DNA from: a candidate division TM6 bacterium GW2011_GWF2_28_16
Lineage (GTDB): Bacteria > Patescibacteriota > Microgenomatia > UBA1400 > PJMF01
Assembly (NCBI GenBank): GCA_001029715.1
Contig: CP011212.1
Location: 67,407-131,406, forward strand
Direction: 5' to 3'
DNA: 64,000 nucleotides
The notes under the pieces were generated by a model. It ran no database searches and was not told where the DNA came from. It saw only the letters and a list, made by a program, of their open reading frames with translations. Of this stretch, positions 54,810 to 64,000 are shown piece after piece. Each line of letters starts with the position of its first letter. Position 1 is the first letter of the stretch. Both the position numbers and the translations under genes were made by a program.

Positions 54810-55970
54810 ATGAAACACTGGACAACTAAATTACTAATTTTTTTCCTTTTTCTTCTAGTTTTAGTTTCTGCTTATAATTATTTTAAGAAACCTTTCTTTA
54901 AAAGTTCAGATGTTGTTTCTGAAGATTTGAGTCCTACTCCGACACCAACTCCGAGTAAAGCTCCTAAGAAAGAATTAAATAGTAAAGAGAAAGTTTCTCA
55001 ACTATTAGCAATTCCAGTCGACATTAATGAACTAGATGAAGATAGTAGTGCTAGTGCCAAAATCTTGCGTTTTATTGAGGACAATGATCCTGGCTTTGTC
55101 TTATATTTTGGTGAAAAAATTTCTACAGAGTCAGCTGCTTTAGCCACGATTAAGATTAATGGTCTTTTTACTGAAAAAGATTATTTGCCACTTATTGCAG
55201 TTGACCACGAAGGTGGTCTAGTCCAGCGTTTAAGTGGAGAAGGTTTCACCAAGCTAGATTCTTGGCAAAAAATAGTTAGTACTTACTCAGTAACTCAGCA
55301 AAAAGCTATTTTTAATCAATCAGCTCGAGAACTGGAGTCAGCTGGAATCAACATTGTTTTTGCTCCGGTAGTTGACTTAGCTTCAAACAGTGCAGTTCTT
55401 AAAACAAGAGCTGCCAGCGATTCTGAAGAGACTTACTTTGCTACCAGTAATTTTATTTATGCTTTTTCTCAAAATGGAGTTATGCCAGTCATTAAACACT
55501 TTCCTGGTATAGGTTCTATAAGCAAAGATCCTCACAATGCAGTCTCCACAATTAGTTTGAGTAAAGACGATACGGCAATTTTTAGTAAGATTTTAGATAA
55601 ATTCAACAACATCGGAGTAATGACCACTCACGTGCGTTTGGAAAATAAATTGTCTGGAGAGATTTGTAGTTTAAGTGAAGAGTGCTTGGCTCAGTTTAAG
55701 CAGTCTTATCCAAAAGTTTTGCTTTTCACTGACGATCTAACAATGAAAGCAGCCAGAGCTCAAGAATCTGGAGAAGGAGAAAGGGATATTTCTGAAGTAG
55801 CAATTGAAGCAGTCAAAGCAGGGAATAATGTTTTAGTTTTTGGCAGAGGAATTGATTCCTCCGTACTTGAAAAAATTATTTATGCTTTACAACAAGAATA
55901 TGATGACTCAGAAAGCTTTAGAGCAAAGGTAGATAATTCAGTAGAGAAGATTTTAAGCCTAAAGAAATGA
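54810..55970 (+). CDS. glycoside hydrolase family 3 beta-N-acetylhexosaminidase (NagZ-like), membrane-anchored
   Basis: GH3 N-domain motifs IAVDHEGG.V.R and KHFPGIGS...DPH (cf. KHFPGHG..DSH). N-terminal TM helix plus PTPTPT linker. Confidence 0.75.
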   Translation: MKHWTTKLLIFFLFLLVLVSAYNYFKKPFFKSSDVVSEDLSPTPTPTPSKAPKKELNSKEKVSQLLAIPVDINELDEDSSASAKILRFIEDNDPGFVLYFGEKISTESAALATIKINGLFTEKDYLPLIAVDHEGGLVQRLSGEGFTKLDSWQKIVSTYSVTQQKAIFNQSARELESAGINIVFAPVVDLASNSAVLKTRAASDSEETYFATSNFIYAFSQNGVMPVIKHFPGIGSISKDPHNAVSTISLSKDDTAIFSKILDKFNNIGVMTTHVRLENKLSGEICSLSEECLAQFKQSYPKVLLFTDDLTMKAARAQESGEGERDISEVAIEAVKAGNNVLVFGRGIDSSVLEKIIYALQQEYDDSESFRAKVDNSVEKILSLKK

Positions 55971-56473
55971 AGCAAATTTTTACCAAGAAACAAATCGTTT
56001 TTAAACTCATTTTTTCTTTTTTATTTTTGATTTCTTTAGTAATTTTTTATAAAGCTTGGCAAAATGTTAGTACCTTAATTGCTTTTGTTCTAGCTTATTC
56101 AGTTGCTGTTTTTTTACTCTATTTAGATGAACAATTTTTGTATAAGTTTTATGTAGAAAAGATTGATAATGGAGAGGAAAGATCTTCGCATTTTCCAGCA
56201 CTCGCTAGCCGAAACTTCTTCTTTATTTTAATGTTACCTTTTCTAAGTATTTTTGTTTTAACTTCATCAGGAAGTGTTTTAGGGATTGCTTTGATTTTGG
56301 CAATTAACTTTTATTTATTAATTGAAGTGTGGCAATTACGTGATGAATTTTTACTTTTCAAAGATCGTTTTCTAGCACTTTCAAAAATAAAAACTAACAG
56401 CAGAATGGTTCGTAAAATTTCTTGGATTGCTTTATTTTACTTTGTTTTTTTGCTAATCATTTTATATTTTTAA
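55967..56473 (+). CDS. hypothetical polytopic membrane protein
   Basis: 168 aa with 4-5 TM helices. Confidence 0.4.
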   Translation: MKQIFTKKQIVFKLIFSFLFLISLVIFYKAWQNVSTLIAFVLAYSVAVFLLYLDEQFLYKFYVEKIDNGEERSSHFPALASRNFFFILMLPFLSIFVLTSSGSVLGIALILAINFYLLIEVWQLRDEFLLFKDRFLALSKIKTNSRMVRKISWIALFYFVFLLIILYF

Positions 56474-56474
56474 T

Positions 56475-56972
56475 ATGAAAAAGGTTTTTTTTATTTTTGC
56501 TCTATTTAGTCTTTTTATTTTTTCCATTTATTTTTTCTATCGAAGCTATGCTTTTATTTTTTTTGTAAAAGATAGACAAGTAATTAAGCTAGTTTTAAAA
56601 GAGAATTTTTTTGCTAGTAAAGAAAAGGAACTTTTAGTTGAAGTAGTTAGAACCAAACAGAGTACCACGGAGGGTCTTTCTAATCGTAAAAGTTTAGAAA
56701 GTGTAAACGGTCAAAAGATCGACGGTCTTCTTTTTATTTTTCCAGAGAAAACAGTTCGTCGATTTTGGATGAAAGAAATGCTATTTAATATTGACATCTG
56801 TTGGCTAAACAACTTGGATTTTCTTTCCTGTCAGAGATCAGCTCAGCTTCCTTCACCAGGTGAAGACTTAAAAATTTATAGCTCCAATTCAGACTCTAAT
56901 GTAGTTCTAGAAACCAACCCAAATCGATTGAGCGATGATGATCTCAAACTAAAGCTCTTCTTCCAGTGGTAA
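56475..56972 (+). CDS. DUF192 family protein
   Basis: N-terminal signal/TM, then LLVEVVRT..STTEGLSNRKSL...GLLFIFPEKTVRRFWMKEMLFNIDICWL......VLE pattern typical of DUF192 (COG1430). Confidence 0.5.
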   Translation: MKKVFFIFALFSLFIFSIYFFYRSYAFIFFVKDRQVIKLVLKENFFASKEKELLVEVVRTKQSTTEGLSNRKSLESVNGQKIDGLLFIFPEKTVRRFWMKEMLFNIDICWLNNLDFLSCQRSAQLPSPGEDLKIYSSNSDSNVVLETNPNRLSDDDLKLKLFFQW

Positions 56973-57685
56973 AGAAAAAACGTTATGATAAATGCGTGAC
57001 AAATAATCACTCCTTACAGAGGATGTTTTCTAGTTCTGATCCAGGCAAATATCCAACTATTGGTAGGTTTTTGCCGTCGGCCACCAAGCAACAGGCTGTT
57101 TTTCCTGCAGCAAGCAAGAAGGCAGATGATCAAAAGGAAGATAAAAATGATTTAGATTTACTTGATCAATTAGTAAGTCAGACTATTTTAAGTCGTGTTG
57201 ATACTTCGTCAGTTGCTCAAGCTCCTCAGGTTTCAAGCCAGACAACTGCTCGCGCCAAAGAGTTTTTAGCTAATCAGGTAGTTACAGAGTCGCCTATTGT
57301 AAACGCAGAAATTAATACCGAGGCAACTGCTGAATCTACTTCTGAGTCCGCTATCGAGTCTGCTCCTGAAGTTACAGTGACTCCAGAAATGGCAGAACTT
57401 TCCAAAGAATTAAAAGAAGTTTCTAGTGAAACTAAAGAGCAACGTGAGCAAGCGGCGATTAAAGAAAAACAACAAGAGATCAATAATTTAGCTGCAACAG
57501 TCACTACTCCCGTGGCAGTTTCAGATAAACCAGTGGTGGTTTTGCCAATTACAGCAAAAAGTAAAGAAGAGGCAAAATTTAAGAGTACTAAATATAGTGT
57601 AAAGTGGTTGGTGGAATGGTGTGTAAAAGTTGCTAAAATGTTTTCTGGAGCAGTAATTTATAAAGAAGAAATAGCAGATGAATGA
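56966..57685 (+). CDS. hypothetical low-complexity (Ser/Thr/Glu/Ala-rich) protein
   Basis: 239-aa ORF, largely disordered-looking. 3' end overlaps the start of the ATPase gene. Confidence 0.35.
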   Translation: MVKKKRYDKCVTNNHSLQRMFSSSDPGKYPTIGRFLPSATKQQAVFPAASKKADDQKEDKNDLDLLDQLVSQTILSRVDTSSVAQAPQVSSQTTARAKEFLANQVVTESPIVNAEINTEATAESTSESAIESAPEVTVTPEMAELSKELKEVSSETKEQREQAAIKEKQQEINNLAATVTTPVAVSDKPVVVLPITAKSKEEAKFKSTKYSVKWLVEWCVKVAKMFSGAVIYKEEIADE

Positions 57686-60020
57686 ACAAAGCCAAAATCT
57701 ACTATCAAATTTAAATAGTTTTTTTATTACCTTTTTTTTATGGATTGGTTTGCTGGTTTTAATAGTTCTAATAGTTTTATTAATTGCTTCTTTGATTAAG
57801 AACCAGCGTCGAGAAAATTACGTACTGAATTTCGTTACTCTCCTTGTAAAGTTGCCAAAGGGTAATGAGATTAAAATTGATGCTGCAGAGCAAATGTTTG
57901 CCGGACTTTATTCGCTTAAGAAAGAAGGTTTTTTCTCTTTTCTTAAACCAGAAGACACCATCAGTTTTGAAATAGTAGGTATGAAAGAAGATATTGCTTT
58001 TTATGTGACTTGTCACAAAGCAATTCGCGATTTTGTAGAAAAACAAGTTAATGGTGCTTATCCATTGGCTGAAATTAGTGAAATGGATGAGGTCAATATT
58101 TTTAATGAAAAAGGTCGAGTAGCTTTTGCCCCGATTAAACTAGAAAAAGCTAATTTTTATCCAATTAAAACTTACAAAGATCTCCCAACTGATGGCTTAT
58201 CTTTGATTACTTCTGCTATGTCAAAAATGAGTGATGGTGAGGGCGCAACCTTGCAAATTTTAATGAGACCAGAGGGGAAACGTTGGCAAACGAGCGGTCA
58301 GAAATACAATCAAAAAGAAAAAAAGCGCGAATCAGATCCAGATAAAGCTAACTACACTCACGATCCAAAAGAAGTTGAAGCAGTTAATAACAAAGTTGGT
58401 AAATCAGGTTTTAGAGTTTCAATTCGAGCGGTAGTGTCAGCACAAAATGCAACTACAGCGCAATCCAATCTCAATAATATCGTTGGTGCTTTTTCGCAGT
58501 TCAGTTCTACTTATAACAAATTCAAAAAACCTAATTTTTTACTTTTCAAACATTTATTCATGATTGATTTTATTTATCGCTACATGCCGATTTTTAATGC
58601 CAATACAATGATTCTGAATACTGAGGAATTAGCCACAGTCATGCATTTTCCAAATAAAACTGTCGAGACGCATCACATTCGCAAGTTGACTGCTAAAAAT
58701 GCTCCAGCTCCAAACAAGATTCCTACTTCTGGCTTGTTTATGGGTAAATCGATCTATCGTGGCGAAGAAAGAGATATTTATGCAGGTCTCAATGATCGCC
58801 GTCGTCACACCTACATCATTGGTAAAACTGGTACTGGTAAGTCAGAATTTCTTAAGGACATGGTTTTACAAGATATAGAGGCTGGGCATGGTGTAGCAGT
58901 CATCGATCCTCACGGTGATTTAGTTGATGATGTTTTGCAATTAATGCCTCCAGAAAGAGCTGAGGATGTGATCTATTTCAATCCTTCTGATTTGACTAGA
59001 CCGCTTGGACTCAACATTATGGAAGCCGAGACAGAAGAGCAAATGCACTTTGTAGCGAGTTCCATTATTGGCTTAATGTATAAGCTCTATGATCCTCACC
59101 ACACTGGTATCGTCGGTCCTCGTTTTGAGCACGCTATTCGTAATGCCATGTTAACCATTATGTGCAAGCCTGGTAGTACCTTTATTGAAATGGTGCGTGT
59201 TTTAACCGATGCAAAATTTGTTGAAGAATATTTGCCATTAATTAAAGATGGTATGGTTAAGCGTTATTGGACCGATCAGATTGCCAATACCAGTGATTTC
59301 CATAAGTCAGAGGTAATGGATTACATTGTTTCTAAGTTTGGCAAATTCGTGACCAATAAAACCATGCGCAATATCATTGGTCAGCCTGTTAGTTCTTTTG
59401 ATTTTCGCAAAGCCATGGATGAAAAGAAAATTGTGCTTTGTAATTTATCTAAAGGTATTTTAGGCGAAGAAGATGCTAAATTTCTTGGTTTGATTTTGGT
59501 ACCAAAAATTCTGGCTGCCGCCATGAGTCGTCAGAATGTTCCCATGGAGCAACGTCCTGACTTCTTTCTCTATGTTGATGAGTTTCAGAACTTTGCTACT
59601 GAAGATTTTGCAGCTATTCTTTCTGAGGCTCGTAAATATCGCTTAAATTTAATTGTTGCTAACCAGTTTATTGGTCAGATTGATGAAGAAATCAAAAATG
59701 CTGTTTTTGGTAACGTTGGCACAATGGTTTCTTTCCGCGTTGGTGTAACTGACGCTAACTTCTTACAACATGAGTTTGCCCCAACTTTCTCTGAAAATGA
59801 TTTAACCAACGTAGAAAAATACCATGCTTATATTAAGACAATCGTTGATAATGAGCCAGTTTCAGCTTTCAGCATGTCTCTCTATAAGGATATTAAAGCT
59901 CAGGAAGCCAGAATGAATCCTAAATTAGCTGAAATGATTAAGCAGCTTTCACGTCTTAAATATGGCAAAGATAAAGAATTGGTGGAGGCAGAAATTAATC
60001 AAAGAGCGAGGTTACTCTGA
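57678..60020 (+). CDS. membrane-anchored T4SS-type P-loop ATPase (TrwB/TraD/VirD4 coupling-protein-like or VirB4-like, AAA_10/TraG-D_C type)
   Basis: N-terminal TM helix. Walker A HTYIIGKTGTGKSEFL....GHGVAVIDPHGDL (cf. TrwB H.LV.GATGTGKS…VIVDPNGD). Walker B FLYVDEFQNF. ARKYRLNLIVANQ. 780 aa. Confidence 0.6.
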   Translation: MNEQSQNLLSNLNSFFITFFLWIGLLVLIVLIVLLIASLIKNQRRENYVLNFVTLLVKLPKGNEIKIDAAEQMFAGLYSLKKEGFFSFLKPEDTISFEIVGMKEDIAFYVTCHKAIRDFVEKQVNGAYPLAEISEMDEVNIFNEKGRVAFAPIKLEKANFYPIKTYKDLPTDGLSLITSAMSKMSDGEGATLQILMRPEGKRWQTSGQKYNQKEKKRESDPDKANYTHDPKEVEAVNNKVGKSGFRVSIRAVVSAQNATTAQSNLNNIVGAFSQFSSTYNKFKKPNFLLFKHLFMIDFIYRYMPIFNANTMILNTEELATVMHFPNKTVETHHIRKLTAKNAPAPNKIPTSGLFMGKSIYRGEERDIYAGLNDRRRHTYIIGKTGTGKSEFLKDMVLQDIEAGHGVAVIDPHGDLVDDVLQLMPPERAEDVIYFNPSDLTRPLGLNIMEAETEEQMHFVASSIIGLMYKLYDPHHTGIVGPRFEHAIRNAMLTIMCKPGSTFIEMVRVLTDAKFVEEYLPLIKDGMVKRYWTDQIANTSDFHKSEVMDYIVSKFGKFVTNKTMRNIIGQPVSSFDFRKAMDEKKIVLCNLSKGILGEEDAKFLGLILVPKILAAAMSRQNVPMEQRPDFFLYVDEFQNFATEDFAAILSEARKYRLNLIVANQFIGQIDEEIKNAVFGNVGTMVSFRVGVTDANFLQHEFAPTFSENDLTNVEKYHAYIKTIVDNEPVSAFSMSLYKDIKAQEARMNPKLAEMIKQLSRLKYGKDKELVEAEINQRARLL

Positions 60021-60023
60021 GGT

Positions 60024-61094
60024 ATGGAATTTCCAGAAGAAATTACTAAAGAAAAATTATCAATTGGGTGTGGGAAAAAATACTTCAACCTATTATTAAT
60101 ATTTGTATCTTTGTTATTTTCTTTAATTTTATTTGAGTTTTACTTAAGAATAATAAAATATCCATATCAGGGTTGTGAAGAAGTTCAGTTAGCCAGCGAG
60201 TCTTGGTTGGGAGAATTTAATAAAGCAACTGGCTGGTCTTACAAGAAATCATTTTCTTATTATGAGGATAATGGTAAGTTTGAATATCATTTTGATAAAA
60301 ATGGCATTAGGGTTGAGAGTGAGAACTATGAAATAAATCATGATAAAAAAATAATAGCTTTCATTGGAGATTCTGTTACTTTTGGAGAAGAGTTGTCTTT
60401 TAAAGATACTTTTCCTGCCAAAATAGGAGAATTACTTGGTGAAGAATTTGAAATTGTAAATTTAGGAGTTCAGGGTTTTGGAACAAGCCAGTCAATGATT
60501 CATTTGAAAAATTTAATCTCTGAAATCAGGCCTGATTTCGTTGTTTATACTTTTATTCCAGATCATATTAATAGAGATATTAATTATGATAGGAGAATTC
60601 ACGTTAAATGTCTTGATTTTAATGGTACTAAGCCTGTTTTTAGAATTGTTGATGGGCAATTAAAGCAAATTAGAAAACCAAAGCTATATAAAACAGTTGA
60701 TAGATTTAAACTTGCTCTATTTTTAGATGATATTTATCAAATTAGTAAAGAAAGAGAACAAATTGAGAGTGGAGATGCAGAAAAAATAACAAAAGAGATT
60801 ATTAATCAGATATCTGAGCTTGTAAGAAATAATGGTGCACAAGATTATTACATATACTACGACAATGTATATGACACCAGCATTTATAGTTATAATGATT
60901 ATCTTGTTAAATATATTTTTGATGGTGATAAAGAAGATAAAGTTTTTAATTTTACTAATTGGGCAATAGATTCTCAAACAAAGGGAAAAAAATATTATGT
61001 TAACGATGAGGATGACTACCATCCTAATGCAAGTTTGTCAGCAGAAATAGCTAAGGGCTTTTTTAATAAATTTAAAGATCATTTTCTTGATTAA
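60024..61094 (+). CDS. SGNH/GDSL-like hydrolase family protein, membrane-anchored
   Basis: N-terminal TM helix. Block I IIAFIGDSVTFGEE (GDS motif). 356 aa. Confidence 0.5.
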   Translation: MEFPEEITKEKLSIGCGKKYFNLLLIFVSLLFSLILFEFYLRIIKYPYQGCEEVQLASESWLGEFNKATGWSYKKSFSYYEDNGKFEYHFDKNGIRVESENYEINHDKKIIAFIGDSVTFGEELSFKDTFPAKIGELLGEEFEIVNLGVQGFGTSQSMIHLKNLISEIRPDFVVYTFIPDHINRDINYDRRIHVKCLDFNGTKPVFRIVDGQLKQIRKPKLYKTVDRFKLALFLDDIYQISKEREQIESGDAEKITKEIINQISELVRNNGAQDYYIYYDNVYDTSIYSYNDYLVKYIFDGDKEDKVFNFTNWAIDSQTKGKKYYVNDEDDYHPNASLSAEIAKGFFNKFKDHFLD

Positions 61095-62637
61095 TGTTAA
61101 GTTTTTGAGTTAAGAAATCAAATATGTATTCTGCAAGCAATTGTTGTCCATAATTACTTAAATGAACAAAGTCCCACCAAAGTAATCCCGTAGAATCCTT
61201 TTCTTTTAGAAATTCGTTAGTATCTATAAGATAGACATCATTTTCTTTAGAAATTTTCTTCATTATTGAGTGAAATTGATTTTCAATTCCTTTTTCGTAT
61301 GAATTCGCCTCTAGCATTAAAATTGTTTTAATATTGTTTTTTTTATTTATTTCAATGAACTTTTCAATATTTTTTTTGAAAATTGCTTTGTCTATTTCAT
61401 ATGAAAAATCATTGCTAGATAGATTTATGAATACTATTTTAGGATTTAATTGAATCCACTTTTCTTGATAAAGATCAATTAGTTCTACACTGGTTAAACC
61501 AGATATCCCAGTGTTAACAATATTGATCTTTTTTTTAAAATTAATAATCATTGGTTCTGATTCGGTAGCTTCTTTGGGAGTTTCGATTAGGTTTTTATTA
61601 AGTCTTTCTTCTAGAATAGCCGTAAATGTTTTTTTATATTCAGAGGCACCAGTTCCCTCTGTTTGAGAAGAGCCAATAAACATGATCTTTTGTTCTTCAT
61701 CATGTACGTAAGCATTCATTATTTCGTTTGATATTTTTTCAGTGATATTTTCTATATATTCTTCTTCCTTATTTTTTAAATTATTCAAACCAAAATTTAT
61801 ACTTGGATAATTTCCAACAAAAAAGAAGACAAGATAAAAGTAGTAAATTATTAAGGATATATTAATAGAGATTAAAATTAAAATTAATTTGTCAAAATAA
61901 CTAATTAATATTATAGAGATTATAATTAATGAGAATAAGGATACGAAGAATGGCCAGCTCAGGTGATTTTTGTTTGAAAAATTTTCTTTAAAGATGATTT
62001 TGTTTCCTGTCCTCAATGAAACATTGTCTACTAAACTTTTATGATACGAACCTTTAAAGCCGATTTTAGAAGATTCTTTATCAACGGATACTTCACAGGT
62101 AAACAATTTTTTATTTATTTCTAAGTTTATAAAATTTTCCTTAAAAGTAATTTTGGCATGATTCCACTTACCTACATTTATTCTTAAATTTTCAATTGAA
62201 TTATTAGACAAAAATTTGCCATTTTCGTCAATTTTTAAACAAGAATTTTGTTTAGGATCATCAGCAATTTTTATACTATGCTTATAATTGTCTTTTATAA
62301 ATAAATGGACTATTAGATAGGCCTCTTTTTCAATAAAAAAATCAAACTCCATCTGCTCATAGTTATATTCTGTTTTTGTAATTACCTCTTGAAATCCGTG
62401 CCAAGCTGATAAATCTAAACGCTCAAAGTTAAGTGTTTGCGTTTGAGTGAGAAACTGTTCTGCACCCATTATATCTAACTCTAGTTTTGATTTTTCACTG
62501 TCCCAAGTGTTGCCTTTTTCTAGGGTATTATTGCTGAGTAGATGTATTTTATTAATAATTCCTGATATTAGAATAATTAAAATCAAAGTTGCCAATTTCC
62601 TCTTTATTTTCATTTTTTTTAAATAGTGCTCAAACAA
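61072..62637 (-). CDS. two-domain membrane protein with C-terminal SGNH hydrolase-like domain
   Basis: Signal/TM at N-terminus, central TM pair, C-terminal MFIGSSQTEG (block I-like) and DFVHLSNYG (block V DxxH). Confidence 0.45.
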   Translation of the reverse strand: MFEHYLKKMKIKRKLATLILIILISGIINKIHLLSNNTLEKGNTWDSEKSKLELDIMGAEQFLTQTQTLNFERLDLSAWHGFQEVITKTEYNYEQMEFDFFIEKEAYLIVHLFIKDNYKHSIKIADDPKQNSCLKIDENGKFLSNNSIENLRINVGKWNHAKITFKENFINLEINKKLFTCEVSVDKESSKIGFKGSYHKSLVDNVSLRTGNKIIFKENFSNKNHLSWPFFVSLFSLIIISIILISYFDKLILILISINISLIIYYFYLVFFFVGNYPSINFGLNNLKNKEEEYIENITEKISNEIMNAYVHDEEQKIMFIGSSQTEGTGASEYKKTFTAILEERLNKNLIETPKEATESEPMIINFKKKINIVNTGISGLTSVELIDLYQEKWIQLNPKIVFINLSSNDFSYEIDKAIFKKNIEKFIEINKKNNIKTILMLEANSYEKGIENQFHSIMKKISKENDVYLIDTNEFLKEKDSTGLLWWDFVHLSNYGQQLLAEYIFDFLTQKLNINQENDL

Positions 62638-62773
62638 GCATGTAAATAAATGGACTTATTGGAGAAGTTGTTGAAAAAGCAATTAATAGGGCAAAGATAA
62701 TAAATAAGATTATTGGAGGAATTAACCACCATTTTTTATTTTTCATCAAGTACTCTGCGATTTCTTTAAACAT
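62630..62773 (-). CDS. small membrane protein (47 aa, not in ORF track) between carbamoyltransferase and SGNH protein
   Basis: MFKEIAEYLMKNKKWWLIPPIILFIIFALLIAFSTTSPISPFIYMLV. Starts 5 bp after the carbamoyltransferase stop and overlaps the next gene start. Confidence 0.4.
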   Translation of the reverse strand: MFKEIAEYLMKNKKWWLIPPIILFIIFALLIAFSTTSPISPFIYMLV

Positions 62774-62777
62774 ATTT

Positions 62778-64000
62778 TTATTTTCCTTTTTTAACCATAT
62801 AGTTGTCTATAACTAGATAGTCAATATCTGTTGTTAAAAAGCAATTAATAGCATCTTTAGGAGTACAAACTATCGGTTCACCTTTTACATTGAAAGAGGT
62901 ATTAATAATAATTGGTATTTTAGTTTTTTTCTTGTAACTTTTAACTAAGTCATAGTATTTTGGATTATCTTCTCTAATTAGTGTTTCTAGTCTTCCACTA
63001 TTATCGACATGGACAACGGCTGGAACTTCTTTAATTCCTTTTTCTTTAAATGGATAAACCATAAGCATCCATCTTGCTGACGGTGATATGTATTCATCTG
63101 TTTTGAAATATTTTTTTGTTTCTTCTTCTAGAATCACTGGGGCAAAAGGTCTAAACATTTCTCTTTTTTTAACTTTTTCATTAATAATATCTCTCATTTT
63201 TGTAGTGGTAGCAGATGCAAGAATGCTTCTATTGCCTAAAGCTCTTGGGCCCCATTCCATTCTTCCTTGAAACCATCCAATTACTTTTTTATTTTTTATT
63301 AAAGCAGCTGTTTTATCGATCAACTCTTGATCATTTTCTATAAATTTATATTTTAATTTATATTTTTTAAGTTCTTTTTCAACTTGATACCACTTGTATT
63401 CTGGACCAAGATAAGGGTGAAATTTTTCTTTATTTGTGAGTTTGCCTGTTAATCTAGTGTAGCTGTAAAGAGCAGCCCCCATTGCTGCTCCAGCATCACT
63501 TGGATCTGGAGGAATGAATATTTTTTTAAAAGGAGTATTGCTTAATATCTTTCCATTTAAAACAGAATTAAGAGCAACGCCACCAGCTAAGCATAGATTT
63601 TTATTTTTATGATTTTTGTAAGTTTGATTTAAAATATTAAAGACTACCTCTTCTAGTTTTAATTGTAGAGCGGCAGCAATATCTTCGTGGTATTTTTTAA
63701 CAATTTCGTCTTTTTTTCTAGCTGGATGACCCAGGAGTTTAGACATTTTTTTAGAAGGCATTTCTTTTGACCAGTCAAAGTCAAAATAATCCATATTTAA
63801 CTGAAAACTACCGTCTGAAAAAACTTCAACAATTTGATCAAATTTTTCTTTATATATATCAGGGTTTCCGTAAGCAGCTAAACCCATAACCTTATATTCG
63901 CTATCATTAGCGCTAAAACCAAGATAAGTCGTAAGAGTACTATAGAGTAGTCCAAGGGAATGCGGAAAATTAATTTGTTTCTCTATTTTTATTTTTTTAC
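62778..64000 (-). CDS. carbamoyltransferase (NodU/CmcH family), 5' end outside the window
   Basis: Minus-strand frame stays open upstream of the listed Met to the window edge. …FPHSLGLLYSTLTTYLGF..NDSEYKVMGLAAYG and downstream motifs match NodU/CmcH O-carbamoyltransferases. Confidence 0.8.
   Translation of the reverse strand, partial: KKIKIEKQINFPHSLGLLYSTLTTYLGFSANDSEYKVMGLAAYGNPDIYKEKFDQIVEVFSDGSFQLNMDYFDFDWSKEMPSKKMSKLLGHPARKKDEIVKKYHEDIAAALQLKLEEVVFNILNQTYKNHKNKNLCLAGGVALNSVLNGKILSNTPFKKIFIPPDPSDAGAAMGAALYSYTRLTGKLTNKEKFHPYLGPEYKWYQVEKELKKYKLKYKFIENDQELIDKTAALIKNKKVIGWFQGRMEWGPRALGNRSILASATTTKMRDIINEKVKKREMFRPFAPVILEEETKKYFKTDEYISPSARWMLMVYPFKEKGIKEVPAVVHVDNSGRLETLIREDNPKYYDLVKSYKKKTKIPIIINTSFNVKGEPIVCTPKDAINCFLTTDIDYLVIDNYMVKKGK

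Noticed and set aside
1-64000. Looked for mobile-element hallmarks across the window (transposase, integrase, recombinase, phage structural genes, and tRNA-adjacent islands).
   Set aside because: No such genes or motifs (DDE, tyrosine-recombinase R..H..R..Y, serine-recombinase) were recognised. The tRNA-Ile is flanked by surface-protein and housekeeping genes, not an integrase.

Overview
This is a 64-kb window of AT-rich bacterial DNA (roughly one-third GC by eye) with compact, mostly co-directional gene blocks and many small secreted or membrane proteins. The gene content suggests a Patescibacteria/CPR-type genome (seven tandem TrbC/VirB2-like pilin paralogues, an ATP-dependent DNA ligase, an archaeal-type mevalonate pathway, Cys-rich surface proteins), with the standard genetic code apparently in use. 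Informational/housekeeping genes: rplY (L25/Ctc), valS, recF, pth, rpsA, pgk, nnr, an ATP-dependent DNA ligase and a Fic protein. Isoprenoid genes: type-1 IPP isomerase, uppS, a polyprenyl synthase and a full mevalonate cluster (class-I HMGR, archaeal-type HMG-CoA synthase + thiolase + DUF35, two mevalonate-kinase-like GHMP kinases, diphosphomevalonate decarboxylase). The pilin array (7.1-10.1 kb) lies divergent from an ECF sigma/anti-sigma pair. There is a tRNA-Ile with an apparent UAU anticodon, and two large Cys-rich, Thr/Pro-repeat surface proteins. The most interesting cassette is at 30.8-33.9 kb: a Wzm/Wzt-type ABC exporter whose ATPase carries a C-terminal Sec11/SipW-type signal-peptidase domain, followed by a PqqD-like RRE protein and a QueC-family PP-loop ATPase. 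A ~16-kb cell-surface glycan locus follows (GT2/GT4/GT26/GT-C glycosyltransferases, two Wzy-like membrane proteins, an epimerase, a WbpB/WbpE-like oxidoreductase + aminotransferase, a methyltransferase, a phosphoglycosyl transferase). The right end has a NagZ-like GH3, DUF192, a T4SS-type P-loop ATPase, SGNH hydrolases and a 5'-truncated NodU/CmcH carbamoyltransferase. No transposase, integrase, rRNA or CRISPR array was seen. Two ~160-bp intergenic elements bounded by 20-25-bp inverted repeats, and a segmental duplication inside two GT2 genes, were noted.
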